This document shows positions 12,891-26,572 of a stretch of DNA of 64,000 nucleotides, piece by piece. The DNA is taken from NCBI GenBank assembly GCA_964016885.1, contig OZ024741.1, positions 293,942,001 to 294,006,000 on the forward strand, written 5' to 3'. This DNA is from Eledone cirrhosa (Eukaryota). The notes below the pieces were generated by a model. The model had not been told where the DNA came from. It saw only the letters and a program-made list of their open reading frames with translations, and did no database searches. Each line of letters opens with the position of its first letter. Positions within the stretch are counted from its first letter, which is position 1. The position numbers were made by a program, and so were the translations under genes.

Positions 12891-13201
12891 GAGAGAAACT
12901 GTGTCTGAGAGGGATAGAATGTAGTGTGCGAGAGAGGAGACTGTGGTGGTATGGACATGTGATGTGCATGGAGGATGACCGATGGGTGAAGAAGTGCCAG
13001 GAAATGCCAGTTGAAGGAAGACGTGGTAGAGGTCAACCACGAAAAACATGGGAGGAGGTGGTGAGAACAGACCTCAGATCGCTGAAGCTCACGGTGAAGA
13101 TGACGAAAGACCGTGACAAGTGGAGAGATGCTGTGCTGAATAAGACACGTCCCACCCTTGCAAGCAGGGAAAAGCGGACGTAAAATGATGATGATGATGA
13201 T
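12890..13201 (+). mobile_element. RTE subfamily A 3' fragment
   Basis: REKLCLRGIECSVRERRL...KTRPTLASREKRT* followed by (TGA)n. Confidence 0.9.
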
Positions 13202-13481
13202 ATATATGCATTTTTAGAAATGTTGGACAGTATATTAGCCTCTGGAGATAAGAAAAAGTTGACAACTTTGCTCGTGGGACACATTTCACATCTTCCTTAT
13301 ACTGAACAGATGTGCTGGCTAAAGCACTAAAGCAAAGTTGAATAATTTTACTCTCATTCTATAAACTATTTTCACTTGGACAGAAAATAATAAAATATTC
13401 TATTTTTAAAACTTGAGAGGGTATGAATTTTCTTGAATTTAGTTTAAAGTTAGAAGCTTTAATGTACATTTTTGACTATGA

Positions 13482-15128
13482 ATCATCATCATCACTGTTT
13501 TATGTCCCTTCTTCCACGCTAGCATGGGTTATACGGGTTGTCCTGTTGTGGGCAGTGTCTGGTTGGCTGACCATGCTAATACAGGAACTGATTTGGCTTG
13601 ATTTCTACAGCTGGATGCCCTTCCTAACACCAACCTCATTTACAGTGAGTGCTGGGTGCTTTTTCGTGGTGCCTATACGTCCACTTTACATAGTGGGCTG
13701 GGTGCTTTTTTGCCGTGGCACCTCCACGACCACCTTGCAGTGGGGGGTGTGGGCGCTTATTATCTATATGCTTCAGCTTGTACCCATGGGAGGTCGGGTA
13801 CTCTGTATTACTGCGTGATGCCAGAGGTCACGGTCGTGTGTCATCGCCTTTGAGAGGTGTAATTGGGTAAGGTCGGCTTTTATCACCTCAACCCAGGTCA
13901 TCTTGGGTCTCCCCACTCCGCGGTTTCCATTGACTTCTAGTTCTCTGCTCCTTTTTATGCAGCTGTCATCCTTCATACGCATCACATGTCCATACCAGCG
14001 CAACCGCCTCTCCTGCACACAGCATTTGATTCCTCTTATGCTCAGTCTCTCTCTCAATTCATTTATGCTTTGTCGTTCACGTATATTACTGTTACACATC
14101 GATCGGAGCATGCAGGCTTTGTTTCTCTCTAATCTACGTAAGTCTGCCACCTTCAGCGCCCAGGTCTCACTACCATGCAACATCGCTGTTCGGATACAGT
14201 CTGCCTTTCATTTTGAGGGAGAAGCCTTTTGCAGTTAGCTGTGGTAGTAGTTCCCTAAACTTCTTCCATCTCATTCTTACCCTAGTTATTGTACTTTCTG
14301 AACACCCACCTCCGCTGCTAATTCGGTCACCTAGGTAGCAGAAGCTTCCTACTGTTTCTACAGAGCCCTCCCAGAGATTGGTGGTACTTGTTTCCTGTGG
14401 CTGTTTGCTGCTTGCTGTCCCAGCACAGCTGCTACATGTAAAGCCTACATTCTTAATTAAGCTTCCTGAGATCCCACTACATCTCTTGTGTACCCATTGT
14501 TTGCATTTGGGGCAGAGAATGGAGTTCCTACCTACATCTTTCCTACATACTGAGCAAGGCCATTTCCCTGAGGGGATCTGGGTTCTGTTTTCTCGTCTAC
14601 TTACAAGGACCTTAGTCTTTGTCATGTTGACTTTGAGACCCTTTCTTTCTAGTCCCTGCTTCCAAGTTTGGAATTTCTTCTCTAGTTCTACCATAGATTC
14701 AGCTATAAGTGCGAGGTCATCAGCATACAGGAGTTCCCATGGGCATCCGGTTTTAACCTCCTCCGTTATTGCCTGCAGGACTATGATGAACAGGAGGGGC
14801 TAAGAACAGAGCCCTGGTGGACCCCAACCTGTACGCTAAATTCCTCGCTATACTCATTGCTAATCCTAACTTTGCTGACTGCTCCCTTATACATGACTTG
14901 TACCGCTTTCACAAGCCATTCATCTACTCCTAGTTTTCTAAGAGCCTACTAGATTACAGCACGTGGAACTCTGTCAAAGGCTTTCTCAAGATCAACGAAT
15001 GCCAGGTAGAGTGGCTTACTTTTAGCTAGGTACTTTTCCTGTAACTGCCTCACAAGGAAGAGGGCATCAGTGGTGCCTCTTCCTGGTACAAACCCAAATT
15101 GCATCTCATCTAGTTTCACCCGGTCCCT
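13482..15128 (-). mobile_element. RTE subfamily B, 5'-truncated, frameshifted
   Basis: RT motifs, Cys/His finger and C-terminal ERRLRWYGHVMRM in ORFs 14170-14694 and 13773-14183; 3'UTR and tail present. Confidence 0.93.
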
Positions 15129-15145
15129 ATATATATATATATATA

Positions 15146-15291
15146 TATTAAAATAACAGATTAAAGTTTAAGCAAAGGATTCTTTGCTTAAACTTTAATC
15201 TGTTATTTTAATAAATATTTGCTCTACGGTTCTTATATATCTGATATATATTTATCCTTATTGAGCCCTCTTTGGATTTTAGTCTTCAAAT
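15146..15291 (+). mobile_element. Short hairpin-plus-tail element (Penelope-like terminus); copies also at 40899 and 42984
   Basis: ~32-bp-arm hairpin at 15146-15213, then tail ending gagccctctttggattttagtcttcaaat shared with two other loci. Confidence 0.6.
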
Positions 15292-15460
15292 GGCTCTATG
15301 TTCAATCCCATGGCACAACCTTTTTGGCAAGTGTCTTCTACTATAGTCTAAAGTTGACCAATGGCTTCTGAGCTGAATATGTTAGATGGAAAGTTCAAAA
15401 GTTCATCGCTTACATGTGTGTGTGTACGTGTGTGTGTATTTATATATATATATATATATA

Positions 15461-15851
15461 CAGAGTTACACGAAAGTCGCACACCAGTAAAATAACACTT
15501 TGCCATAATATCTTCATATTTCTTATGAGGTCATCTTAAGTACTTTGTCTATACAACTCATCCAAGAAGTGTTGAAGAATTGAAAGAAAACATGAGTCTA
15601 ATGTACAAAGATTGATACTGAAGTCTTGAATATTGTACAAAATTCTCTTTGGTTTCATTTTCAGAAATGTAATGAATGTGAGGGAAATCAGTTTGTACAA
15701 TTATTGTAACTATTTTTTGGTTGTGAGTTATAATTTTGTGATAATGAATGTTATGTAAATAAAATAAAATATTATCATTTCTCTTATAAACGTTTATTTA
15801 TTTTTTTTTTTTTTTGTGATTAGAGTGGTGCATGACGTTTGTGCTACCCTG
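15461..15851 (+). mobile_element. Tc1/mariner-superfamily internally deleted element (MITE)
   Basis: TA-flanked degenerate ~26-bp TIRs (cagagttacacgaaagtc / gacgtttgtgctaccctg); remnant YFL*GHLKYFVYTTHPRSVEELKEN...CNECEGNQFVQLL* resembles a transposase C-terminus. Confidence 0.7.
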
Positions 15852-16824
15852 TATATAAGTGTGTGTGTGTGTGTCTGTCATTGTTTGAATTTATGTCTTT
15901 TGTCTGTATTTACATTTATGTTTGTGTTTATGTCCCCTAACTTATCAGTTTGACAACAAAAAAAATGAAATTGATAAACTATGAACCAGATTTGAAAAAA
16001 TAAGTACTGGGGTCAATATGATCAAGTAAATGAAGATAGTCTCCCACCATGTTTGCAGTCAAATGATTGAAACCTGTAAATAAATAAAAAGATAAACATT
16101 ATAAACTGGGTTGCATCTAAGAAAATTAAAACATAAAGATCAACATGTCCTGCAGAATAACAGTATATATTATACATGGAATATGGTATTATTTGACATA
16201 AAGGAGATAATCTGTCAGAAAAAACATCGCATCTAACCCATGCAAGCATTGAATAATAAAAATAAATAAGGATGATAAGGATGATGCTGTATGATGATAT
16301 CAGATAGTGGGGCTCCAGTATGGCCTTGATCGTAATAGCTAAATCACAGAAAAAAAAGATATACATGTTTAGGCATAGCTGTGTGGTTCAATAGGCCACA
16401 CTGCATGCATGGATTCCCTTGACTCTGTCATAATCCACATTTTATTGTTCATCATATTCGGCAAGTCAGAGGGATTGCAGTTTATATCATCACAACTCTA
16501 CTTAACAAAAAATGGGATTCATAAAATAAGTACCAGACTTGAAAATATAAGTACTGTGGTCAATATGATCAAGTAAATGAAGGTGGTGTACCAGCATGTT
16601 CACAGTCAAATGACTTAAACCAGTAAACTTGGTTGCATCAAAGAAAATATAATCAATCTAGTATTTTAAAGATTGGACATATTTAAGGAGCAAACTAAAA
16701 AGAAAGCAGCTTTAAACTCACCTAATATATTATTTAAATAGCTGTTTTTCTTTTAGACAAATCTTTTCACTAAAACACCTATATCAAATAGACAGAAAAT
16801 GTTCTATTAAAACGTTTTATATGT

Positions 16825-16948
16825 GTGTATGTATGTATGTATGTATGTATGTATGTATGTATGTATGTATGTATGTATGTATGTATGTATGTATGTATGT
16901 ATGTGTGCCTGTATGTATGAATATATATGTGGGTGTATATGTGTGTGG

Positions 16949-16990
<42 letters not shown>
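16825..16990. repeat. (TATG)n/(TA)n microsatellite
   Basis: Visible repeat. Confidence 0.9.
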
Positions 16991-16992
<2 letters not shown>

Positions 16993-17249
16993 GAATAGCA
17001 ATAAAAACAACTGTACATTAGCATAAAGTTTCAAAGAACGGATAAAGATATTTTAACATTTTCAGTGCTATTTGTTCTTCAGAAAGAACATTGGAAGGAG
17101 AAAAGATTTTTCTAAGAGATAAAGAAACAGATAGAAAGAAAGGAAGATATATATACAGATACATATACAGTATATATATATATATCCAGGGAGTGTAACT
17201 TGGAGTTACTGTAGGTTCACTTCAGTGTCGAGGTGTAGAGAAGTTCAAA

Positions 17250-17330
17250 TCATCCTTACAGGGTTGATAAAATTAAGTACCAGTAATGTACTGGGTAATT
17301 GCTGGCCTTGTGCCTAAAATAGAAACAATT
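17250..17330 (+). mobile_element. SINE family 1, 3' half
   Basis: catccttacagggttgataaaattaagtaccag...gaaacaatt. Confidence 0.8.
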
Positions 17331-17386
17331 ATATATATATAATATATATATATATATATAATTAATATATGTATATACATATAAAT

Positions 17387-17570
17387 AATTGTTTCTACTT
17401 TAGGCACAAGGGCAGCAATTACTCAGTTCATTACTGGTACTTTATTTTATCGACCCCGTAAGGATGAAAGGCAAAGTTAACTTCGGCGGGATTTGAACTC
17501 AGATCGTAAATGGACGTAACTATGCTGGAAAGCATGGCGTCCGACCCTCTACCGATACTGCCAATCCACC
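17387..17570 (-). mobile_element. SINE family 1, full length
   Basis: Reverse complement of 23565-23750 with few differences. Confidence 0.88.
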
Positions 17571-17724
17571 TTATATATATATATATACATATAAATAATA
17601 TATGTATATATATATATATATATACATATGGAGGAGGGCAGAATATATACATGTATATATTATTGCTAGCTTTATAGAGTTATGTATTTAAGTATGCTAA
17701 AGATGCATTTCATAAAGGAAAGAA

Positions 17725-18178
17725 GATAGGACCCAGATTCTCTTGTGTGGTGCATGATGCTGTATGGTAGTGAAACACGGGCTGTGACTGCAGAGGAAAT
17801 GCATAGTCTAGAGAGAAATAAAGCAACCATGTTTTGTTAGATATGCAATGTAAATGTGAGTGAAAGGCAGAGCTTGAACGAGCTGAAGAAGATGGGTTTA
17901 AGGGGAATCCAAGATGGAGTGCAGGAAAGAAGATTGCATTGGTATGGACATGTGATGTGCATGGATAATGCCAGAAAAAACTGGTGGAAGGAAGCCACAA
18001 TAGAAGACGACCAAGAAAGACCTGGGCAGAGGTTGTGAGAGCAGACCTTAAATTGCTAAGACTGGCAGAGGAGATGATGAAGGAACCTGCCAAGTGCAGA
18101 GACAAGTGTTGAGAAGGATCTATCCAACCCATGCAAGCATATCAAAGCAGATGTAAAAACGATGATGATAATGATGAT
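17725..18178 (+). mobile_element. Older RTE (A-like) 3' fragment
   Basis: ERRLHWYGHVMCMD motif, degenerate terminus and (TGA)n tail. Confidence 0.8.
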
Positions 18179-18534
18179 TACCATTGGCGACTATTAATTT
18201 CAAAGTTTCTCTCATACTGGCATTTAAAAAGTGTTTTGGTATGATACACTTTCTTTATATATTGTAGTAATTTGGTATGATGCAGTAGTAGCAACTATAT
18301 TGATAACACTATACCAAATTATTGCTTTATTTATAAGTAGAAGTTTATGTCAAAAAACAGAGAGAAGTCACTATCAGTAAAACCTCAAAGTAAATATTCA
18401 TCATAAATGGTGAATATATTTATATATATATATATTTATATATATATATATATACACACATATAGACACACACACATGTATATATACATACATACACACA
18501 TATATATATACTTACATGTATATATATATATATA

Positions 18535-18975
18535 TAAAATAAAGTTAAATAAAAAGTCAAATGTTTAAAATTTAGCTTCGTTTATTGCTGCTATATATAT
18601 TTCAGTGACAGCCATCTTTGGCTGTGACCTCTTCAGGCAGTTTGAATTAGTGTGGTATAGACAAGTACATATGTTGTTGAGGTGTATAATATTGTCAATA
18701 CTCTGATGTGCCCAGTTCCTGGTTGGGTTGTTATTTCACTGAGGAAGTGGAATCATATGTACTTGTCTATACCACACTAATTCAAACTGCCTGAAGAGGT
18801 CACAGCCAAAGATGGCTGTCACTGAAATATATATAGCAGCAATAAACGAAGCTAAATTTTAAACATTTGACTTTTTATTTAACTTTATTTTACATTACTC
18901 CGGAGTAACCAAACTTCATCGAGTGCTCCAGCCTGCATACTGAGGTGTTGGTATACAACCAACATATACTCAAAA
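18535..18975. mobile_element. Penelope-like inverted pLTR element with 139-bp arms (18535-18673 / 18754-18892)
   Basis: Arms appear to be exact reverse complements; hammerhead in each arm; (TA)n flanks. Confidence 0.8.
18787..18839 (+). ncRNA. Minimal type I hammerhead ribozyme
   Basis: ctgc-CTGAAGA-ggtcacagcc(aaagat)ggctgtcact-GAAAT-atat-ATA-gcag: intact core, stems I and II, palindromic stem III. Confidence 0.82.
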
Positions 18976-19046
18976 TCTCTCTATATATATATATGTATAT
19001 ATACACACACACACTTGTGTGTATATATCTCTCTATTTCACTCTCT

Positions 19047-19099
<53 letters not shown>

Positions 19100-19264
19100 T
19101 AGAGTTTATAGATTAAATTCCCTCCTCAATAATACAGCAAAATACAAATACAAAAAAAATAATCATATATGAAGAATTATATCCATTAGCAGTCATTAAG
19201 AATTGATGAAAATCTGTTTATTCATTATTTACCCTGTTATTTCTTTAATACTTAACTTTCTTCT

Positions 19265-19585
19265 GTTGGGTAGTTGGTTGGATGGTTTGCTGGCTTGTTC
19301 ATATGTCATTCAACTAGTCTGTTAACTTGCTGACTGCTTAAGCAGCTTGATGATAGGCTGGCTGATCAGTCAGGTAACTTGTTGATTGGCTGGCTACTCA
19401 ATCGGTCTACTAGCTGACTGGCTGGTTGGTCAGACAGTCAACTAGTTGATTGACTGGCTGGTAGGTTGTTTAGTCTGTTGAATTGATTGGTTCATTGGAA
19501 GGTCAGTTGGTCACTCAGTTTGATTAGATATTATACTAGTCAGTAGTTAGTTGAATGGCTGGTAGTCTGGTTGGTTGGTCAGTAC
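19265..19585. repeat. Degenerate (GGTT/GGCT/GACT)n low-complexity tract
   Basis: Tetranucleotide-like periodicity. Confidence 0.6.
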
Positions 19586-20307
19586 TGATTCAATTTTTAT
19601 TTTATAACAGTAGAGTCATATTTCTAGCAAGTTTTTGATATCGTAGGGGAGATGAAGTTGTTTTTAGCCCATGGTTAACCCTTTACTAGCAGTGTCAGTA
19701 ATTACACGTCAATCTCAGAGTATCTCGTGTTGATTGAATCAACTATTATCCCACCCCCCAATCAGTCTTATTCCTCTTTTAGAACTCAATAGATCTGAAC
19801 AAGAAACAATATCCTTGAAGAGGGAGCCCTGTGTGGTGAATTGAGTTGGCTATTGCAGCACCAAGGAATTGGGGTCCTGGCCATTCTCTGTATTAATGCC
19901 TTTACCATGTTATTCATGTGGTGTGGCTGGGGCACAGCCCAGACAAGGATGTAATGTCAGTCCCTCTCCTTTGCCCTTTCTTTCATTGTTTGATTCTTCC
20001 TTCTTGTTCTTCTTTTCTGTTTTTTTCTTTAATAGTGTTTTGTTTTTGTATAAACAGCTTTGTTAAATAAAATTCTAAAATCATATCCTCAATTCTTACA
20101 AATAAACACCAATAAAGAAATGTATTAAATAATTTATTTATTTGTTTATTAGCTGCAAGCTAGAAAATTTGACCAAAATCCTTTTAATCCAGCTTTTTAG
20201 TTACATCCATCAGGATTAGTGAATAATAAATAAGTACAGCTTGTTTACAAACTGTGGTGAAAGGAAAATCACAAAACAATATGATAAAAATATTTGCTCA
20301 GTGGAAA

Positions 20308-20357
<50 letters not shown>

Positions 20358-20379
20358 TACATCTTATATAATGTTTATA

Positions 20380-20583
20380 GATTGGCAGTATCAGTAAAAT
20401 ATAGGACAACATGCTTTGCAGCATATAGTTATGTCCCTTTACATTCTGAGTTCAAATCCCACCAGGGTTAGCCTAGCCTTATGGGGTTGATAAAATAATG
20501 TACCAGTAACCCTCTGAGGTTGACTTAATTGACTTTCCCCTTCCTTACAAATTGCTGGCCATGTGCCAAATGTAGAAACAATT
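20380..20583 (+). mobile_element. SINE family 1, diverged
   Basis: A/B boxes and central domain recognisable. Confidence 0.78.
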
Positions 20584-23564
20584 ATCTATTTTATTTCTAC
20601 AAATAGCATGCAACATCACTTTTACAAATGTTTCAAAACAAATACAAATATACTTTCTAGTTTCTGATCAGGGACTATATTTCGTTATGTCCAGTAACTT
20701 AATGGGGAGTCATAGTAATGCAGCATTTCTTGGGTATTTTAAACCTGATGGAGCCCATCTCCTTTCCAGGTCTAAACACAACCGATTTCTTCCAGTGAAG
20801 GAGATAGAGAGATAGTGAGTGATAGAGAAGAAGCAAGAAAGAGAGATAGAGGAAGAATCGACTCCAGTTTTAGACTGATACTTTGTTTTATCAACTGCAA
20901 AATGAAGAAATTCGAAGTTGTTTTTAGCAGGATTTGAAATCAGAATGCAGAGAGCTGGAACAAATACCACAAAGCATTTTATCTGATATTTCAATGACTG
21001 TCAATTTGCCACATTATACAGACTACATTAGTGTATATTTAAACTATATATAATATATCAATTAATACAAACTAGTATAGTTGCTGACAAGGAACTAATA
21101 ACTACATATTTATTGGTGGTGGAACTTTTGTACAATTGTTGGTTGCTATTTGTATGATATAATATGTTACACTACCTACAAATGTATTGAGCTCCTTTTT
21201 GGTATGACTGGTTTTCTTAATCTTAAGATTGAGTTAATCGTATTAGATTATGGGTATACATACATTTGTTTTTATACATAGCTATGTGACTCTGTGTGTA
21301 GGTGTAAGGCAGTGTATTGGCAGAGTCATTAGAATGTCCTTGGAATGCTTTTCTGTATCTATTCTCACTTTCTGGAATTTGGGTTTCTATCTGTAGCAAA
21401 TGGTATTTTACCTGTGAATAAAGCTGGATGCCCTCACCAATACCAATTATTTTTGTAGCCTCCTAATATGTTCAGGGATATGGCGTATCTATTCTAAAAG
21501 CCAGGGTACATACATACATATATGGATGTATGTATGTTCTTTTGGTTTTATTATTTTATATATTTTCTCCAATACAGAGAGAAAGAGAGAGATGGTTTCT
21601 AACATAGACACAAGAACGTTTCATTGGAATTTACACATCATCAACAAGGTAAAGACATATGTATGTCTGTTTGTGTGTGTGCAGGTATAGATGTTATTGT
21701 ATGTGTGGATCTGCATATTTTGAGTTATATGTGTACACATGCAAATGTTTCTGTGTCTATATGTATGTATATGTAGTTATTACATGCAGAATTTCTTCAA
21801 TGTTTTACATATTTTTACAGTTCCATTAATGGACTGTAGTTGCTACTTCCTAAATAGCTGCACTCTTTCTGGTTCTGTGTGTGTGTGCATGATTGCCTGT
21901 ATTTCCCTTTATGAACCTTCACTTATATGTTACTGTACAACATGAGACTACAATAGGAGACTTTGACCGAAGAGGCTACACAGTTGTATTGAACCCCAAA
22001 CTGTATGATTACTACACACATTTTTTAAACAAACAACTGCCTATGTTTTCTTATATATGTTGGAATATTTCTACTAAGATCTAGTCATAAATGATGTCAT
22101 TGCAGTTTACCAGACATTTTTTATACCACCTAAAGAAGAAGTTTGTGAAAAATTATTTGATTCTATAGTTATTGGATTAAATGAAACAGATTTAGTCTAT
22201 ATATATATATACAAATGATTGTACTTCTTAAAGAAAAAAAAACAAGATCCTTCACTCACCCAGACTCACACACGCACACACACATAAATAAACAAACAAA
22301 CTTTAACTACTTACTGAATAAATGAAAAAAGATATTAGAAATAAATAAAAAAGATTATTAGAAAAAATACAAAACTATATAGCTGAATTATTACAATTTG
22401 TTTTTCTTTTACCAAAGAAATCGGAAATCTTTCTGTAGAATATCATAGCATATATATAATTCTCTTTTATTGTCTTTAAATGAAGAACTATAAAAAAAAA
22501 AAATAGCTCAACAAACAAAACAAAAAATGCAAAATAACTTTTTGTAAAGAATTCAAAGAAATTTCCATACTGTTTGTAGATTTTGTTTTTAATTCCTTAT
22601 TTTTCATCTTTTATGTTTTTCCTTATTTAGTTATATATTTATTCCTTTATTTCATTTTTTTTTTCATAATAATAATAATTTCAATAAAGATTCTATTAGT
22701 CCTAGATTAACATCCCTTCCATAGAGTTGTTGAAGAATTATTGTCTAGCAACTCTGTTATATTGAGTAAATTTCTGTAGCATTCTATTAGGTTTTGATAG
22801 CAACGAACATGATAATGCCACCCTGGGAAAGCAAAAGGTGCAGTGGTGGTGGTGGTGATGATTGTGTTGATAAGAAAGATAATGTGATGTGCTGAATTCA
22901 ATATATTTTCTGGACATATATTTTGCTCAGGATTGAACATGGAACCCTACCTTCATTCAATTGTCATATTTATCGCATACCCACATGAGTGACACTCTCC
23001 TGCCACATCCATTCTCAGTACATGATGCAACATCCCAGACACCTGATATGAATGCATATATGACTGACAAAACACGCAGTTACATGACTATGTTTCCTCT
23101 CCACCTCATTTATGGTTATGCTATTTGATATGCCTTTTGTCTACAGTAAAGAACTTCTGATTCAAATTTTGGTGGTCACTTCTCTCAGGATGGGCTTAAC
23201 TTGACAGATAGTCTTTTGTAGGAGAGCCATTTTGGATTTGAGATCAATTACTCTCTCAGTTTGAGGCCGTAATGACAACTGAAACTACCTTGATATCACT
23301 ATATAGTATTGATATAAGGGTGGTGAAATGGCAGTAACCATAGAGCGTCAGACAACATGCTTTGCGGCATAGAGTTACACCCCTTTATGATCTAAGTTTA
23401 AGGAGGTGGGGGGGGGGGGGTCCCCATTTGATTTGCCAAATTTGAAGGGTGGATTGAGGGTTGGTGTAGCATGAGTCATGAGTGCAAGTTGGTGTTTGGT
23501 TTAGGATCAGTGTTTTGTGGACAGATTTGGCGAAATAACAGTCTTAATAGCATTATTATATATA

Positions 23565-23750
23565 GGCGGTGGGTTGGCAGTATCGGTAGAGGGTCGGACG
23601 CCATGCTTTCCAGCATAGTTACGTCCCTTTACGATCTGAGTTCAAATCCCGCCGAGGTTGACTTTGCCTTTCATCCTTACGGGGGTCGATAAAATAAAGT
23701 ACCAGTAATGCACTGGGTAATTGCTGGCCTTATGCCAAAAGAAGAAACAA
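23565..23750 (+). mobile_element. SINE family 1, full length
   Basis: A-box tggcagtatcggt, B-box gagttcaaatcc; possible 13-bp TSD attattatatata. Confidence 0.9.
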
Positions 23751-24464
23751 TTATTATATATATATATATGGGAGGGGGGGGGTGTGAGTGTGTGAGTGTA
23801 TGTGTGTTTATATTTCAGAAATTAGCACTTCAACAAAAACAGGTTTATATAATAAGTAGCAAACTTGAGAATGAAAATTAATTACTGATTAACTCACTCC
23901 ATTCACAGTGTCACTCTGGGTAACCACAGTTTAATGACAAACCAGTAAAAAGGAAAGCAAATAATGGAAATTAGAATTACCTGTATGTCAATTCTAATTT
24001 TCTTCATTGATAATTTGTACATTATTCAGAAGGATGCTTAATTTTATAAATTAATACTTTAAAGTAGCAAGTAGCACAAACTGAATGACACGGTAGCATG
24101 CAGTCATGAAAACAAGCATAATTCACTAATGGTAACCAAATCTGATAATAATGTCATTGACAACTGCCCCATTAATCAATAAGTCAACAAAAAAAAAAGA
24201 AGCTCCCATGTGGTTGAAATATCTGCAAGACATAGCAGTCATGTCTCTCAAATTGATGGATTTGCTTCACCTCACCAGGTTCTAAACCAAGGAGGTGCAT
24301 GTCTGTGATGGGGATTCAGTGTTAGGTTCTCTATAAGACTATTTAACCTGTTAGAAATAATACAGTTGTATCTTCCTTAAGTCATACACAAATGTCTTTA
24401 AAAATTGAGAAGCAATCCCTGGACAGCATTGGTACTAAAAGATTTTATAACCTCTTTGTTCTCA

Positions 24465-24493
<29 letters not shown>

Positions 24494-24495
<2 letters not shown>

Positions 24496-25155
24496 CATCA
24501 TCATCATCATCATCATCATCAGGTTTAGCGTCCGTGTTCCACGCTTGCATGGGTTTGGACGGGGGTTTTCCCACTTGAGGCAAGAGTGGTTGTCTTGCTC
24601 GCATAGGACTGTCTGGCGGGTTTTCTACAGTTGGATGCCCTTCCTAACACCAACCACATTTACAGTGTGGGGCTGGGAGGTTTTTACCGTGTTGCCTACA
24701 CGGCCACATTACAGCGTGGACTGTCTGGCGGGTTTTCTACAGCTGGATGCCCTTCCTAACACCAACCACATTTACAGTGTGGGGCCGGGAGGTTTTTACC
24801 GTGTTGCCTACACGGCCACATTTACAGCGTGGACTGTGTGTTTTTTGTCGTGACACCTACACGATCTCATTTGTTTCGGCCTGGATGTTGTGGGGCCAAC
24901 ATAACTTTACATTGAAAGGGGCGGTGTGGGTGGGGTGGAGGTGGAGGTGGTGGGACGGGGGTGTGTTTTGATAGAGGTGCCTACTGACTGTAGTAGGTTT
25001 TTACTTTGTATTTAGGTAAGGCGGGTCTTCTCTATTACTGAGTACCGCCAAAGGTCTCGGTCCAGTGACATTGTCTTGGAGAGGTGTAAGCGTGTGAGGT
25101 CGGAAATTATCAGCTCGTCCCATGTTTTTCTGGGTCTGCCTACTCCGTGGCTACC

Positions 25156-25161
<6 letters not shown>
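24494..25161 (-). mobile_element. RTE subfamily C 3' fragment with internal ~112-bp tandem duplication
   Basis: GRPRKTWDELI...KTRLT*; 3'UTR units 24606-24717 and 24718-24830. Confidence 0.9.
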
Positions 25162-25189
<28 letters not shown>

Positions 25190-25191
<2 letters not shown>

Positions 25192-25440
25192 GTAAGGTAA
25201 AGACCCCCTTTGCTCACGAATGACCATGGGATTTGCACTTAGAAAGTTCCCCTCCAAAGCACAAGTCCAGGTAAGGTTGTTCTTAGAAGACCAGCAATCA
25301 CCCATACATAGTAGTCTCTGCTCTCCACGCCACCAATGTTGTTCATAGGAAAGTCCCCGGTGATATTACAACTCATTTCTACAGCTGAGTGAACTGGAGC
25401 AACATGAAATAAAATGTATTGCTCAAGGACACAATGCATG
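25190..25440 (-). mobile_element. SINE family 2 (CORE-like), 5'-truncated
   Basis: Reverse complement contains gtgtccttgagcaa...gctccagttcactcagctgtagaaatgag; homologous to 34085-34410; (TTACC)-like tail. Confidence 0.75.
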
Positions 25441-25675
25441 TGCCTTCACATTTTCATATATATATAGTAAAACAAATAAAAAAAGATAAACACAGGGATG
25501 CAAAACACAAAGTCTTATTAGCATCACGCTTAGGAGTAAGTGGAGAAGGGTTCATAGAAGGAATGTAACAGAGGTGAAGCACCCTGTATGGAGAGAAAGA
25601 GGGGGAGAGAGAGAAGGAAAGAAATTGAAGAAAAAATTAGAGAAGAAAAGTCTGTTTATTTATTTGTATGTTTGT

Positions 25676-25706
<31 letters not shown>

Positions 25707-26572
25707 CACAAACACCCACACACATATATATATATATATACATGTATATATATGCCTCTGTGTGTCCATATATGTGTTACTATGCTATAATATGTGTATG
25801 CCAAGTTGTGTCACTTTTGCAAAGAGCAATGCACTTGGAGTCTTGCACACTGATGGAGTGGTGTATTTCAATTGAAAATCTGATAGCTTAAGAGTTTAGT
25901 GATTTTCAAGGCAGGTAAAATAGAAATGTATTGAATGGTAGACAGTGTCAGAAAATCATAGATTCTAAGTAGATGGCACTTGAAATGGGGAATTAAGCTA
26001 TATATGAAGAGAAAGAGATTTGAATTATTAAGTAGAGAGTATAGACAGATGCAAATACAGGAGGCAGTCAGAATTAAAATCAATGAGAAACGGTAGTGGG
26101 GAAGTAGAGTAGAGGGCAATTATTTGATACGTTATAGAGTTATGTAGTATCAATAGGTTGTTAATAATGTGCTCAATTTTGAATGATAGCCAAGTACACA
26201 TTTAAAACTTCAAGGCTATTCAAAGTATGTTTGTAAAGTTACGAAGGAATGTGGTTATTCAAATATTGTAGAAGCCATCATTATTATTGTTCATGTTATT
26301 ACTGTGGATAGAGCATGTCTGAATGGTTAATAAGTTTTTTTTTTTGCAGTCAGTTGATCACAGGTTCAATCTCAATCTCTATAGCATTAAGATCAACTCT
26401 TGCCTTGTGAGGAAAATTTGCATAAACGGAAACTGTTTTGAAACTTATTTAATAGATTTTACCTGTGTCATGCTGAATCTTCCCTCAGCAGAAGGATTAG
26501 AAAATGAGTGGTCGCCATCAACGCCTGTCAATATTCTGGCATCTAGCTAGCAAAAGGGGGAACTAATAAGAA

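Noticed and set aside
16000-16650. ~130-bp direct duplication
   Set aside because: Appears to be two decayed SINE 3' portions; no independent structure.
23565-23650. tRNA gene
   Set aside because: A/B boxes are present but there is no cloverleaf, and the sequence continues into a SINE body in many copies.
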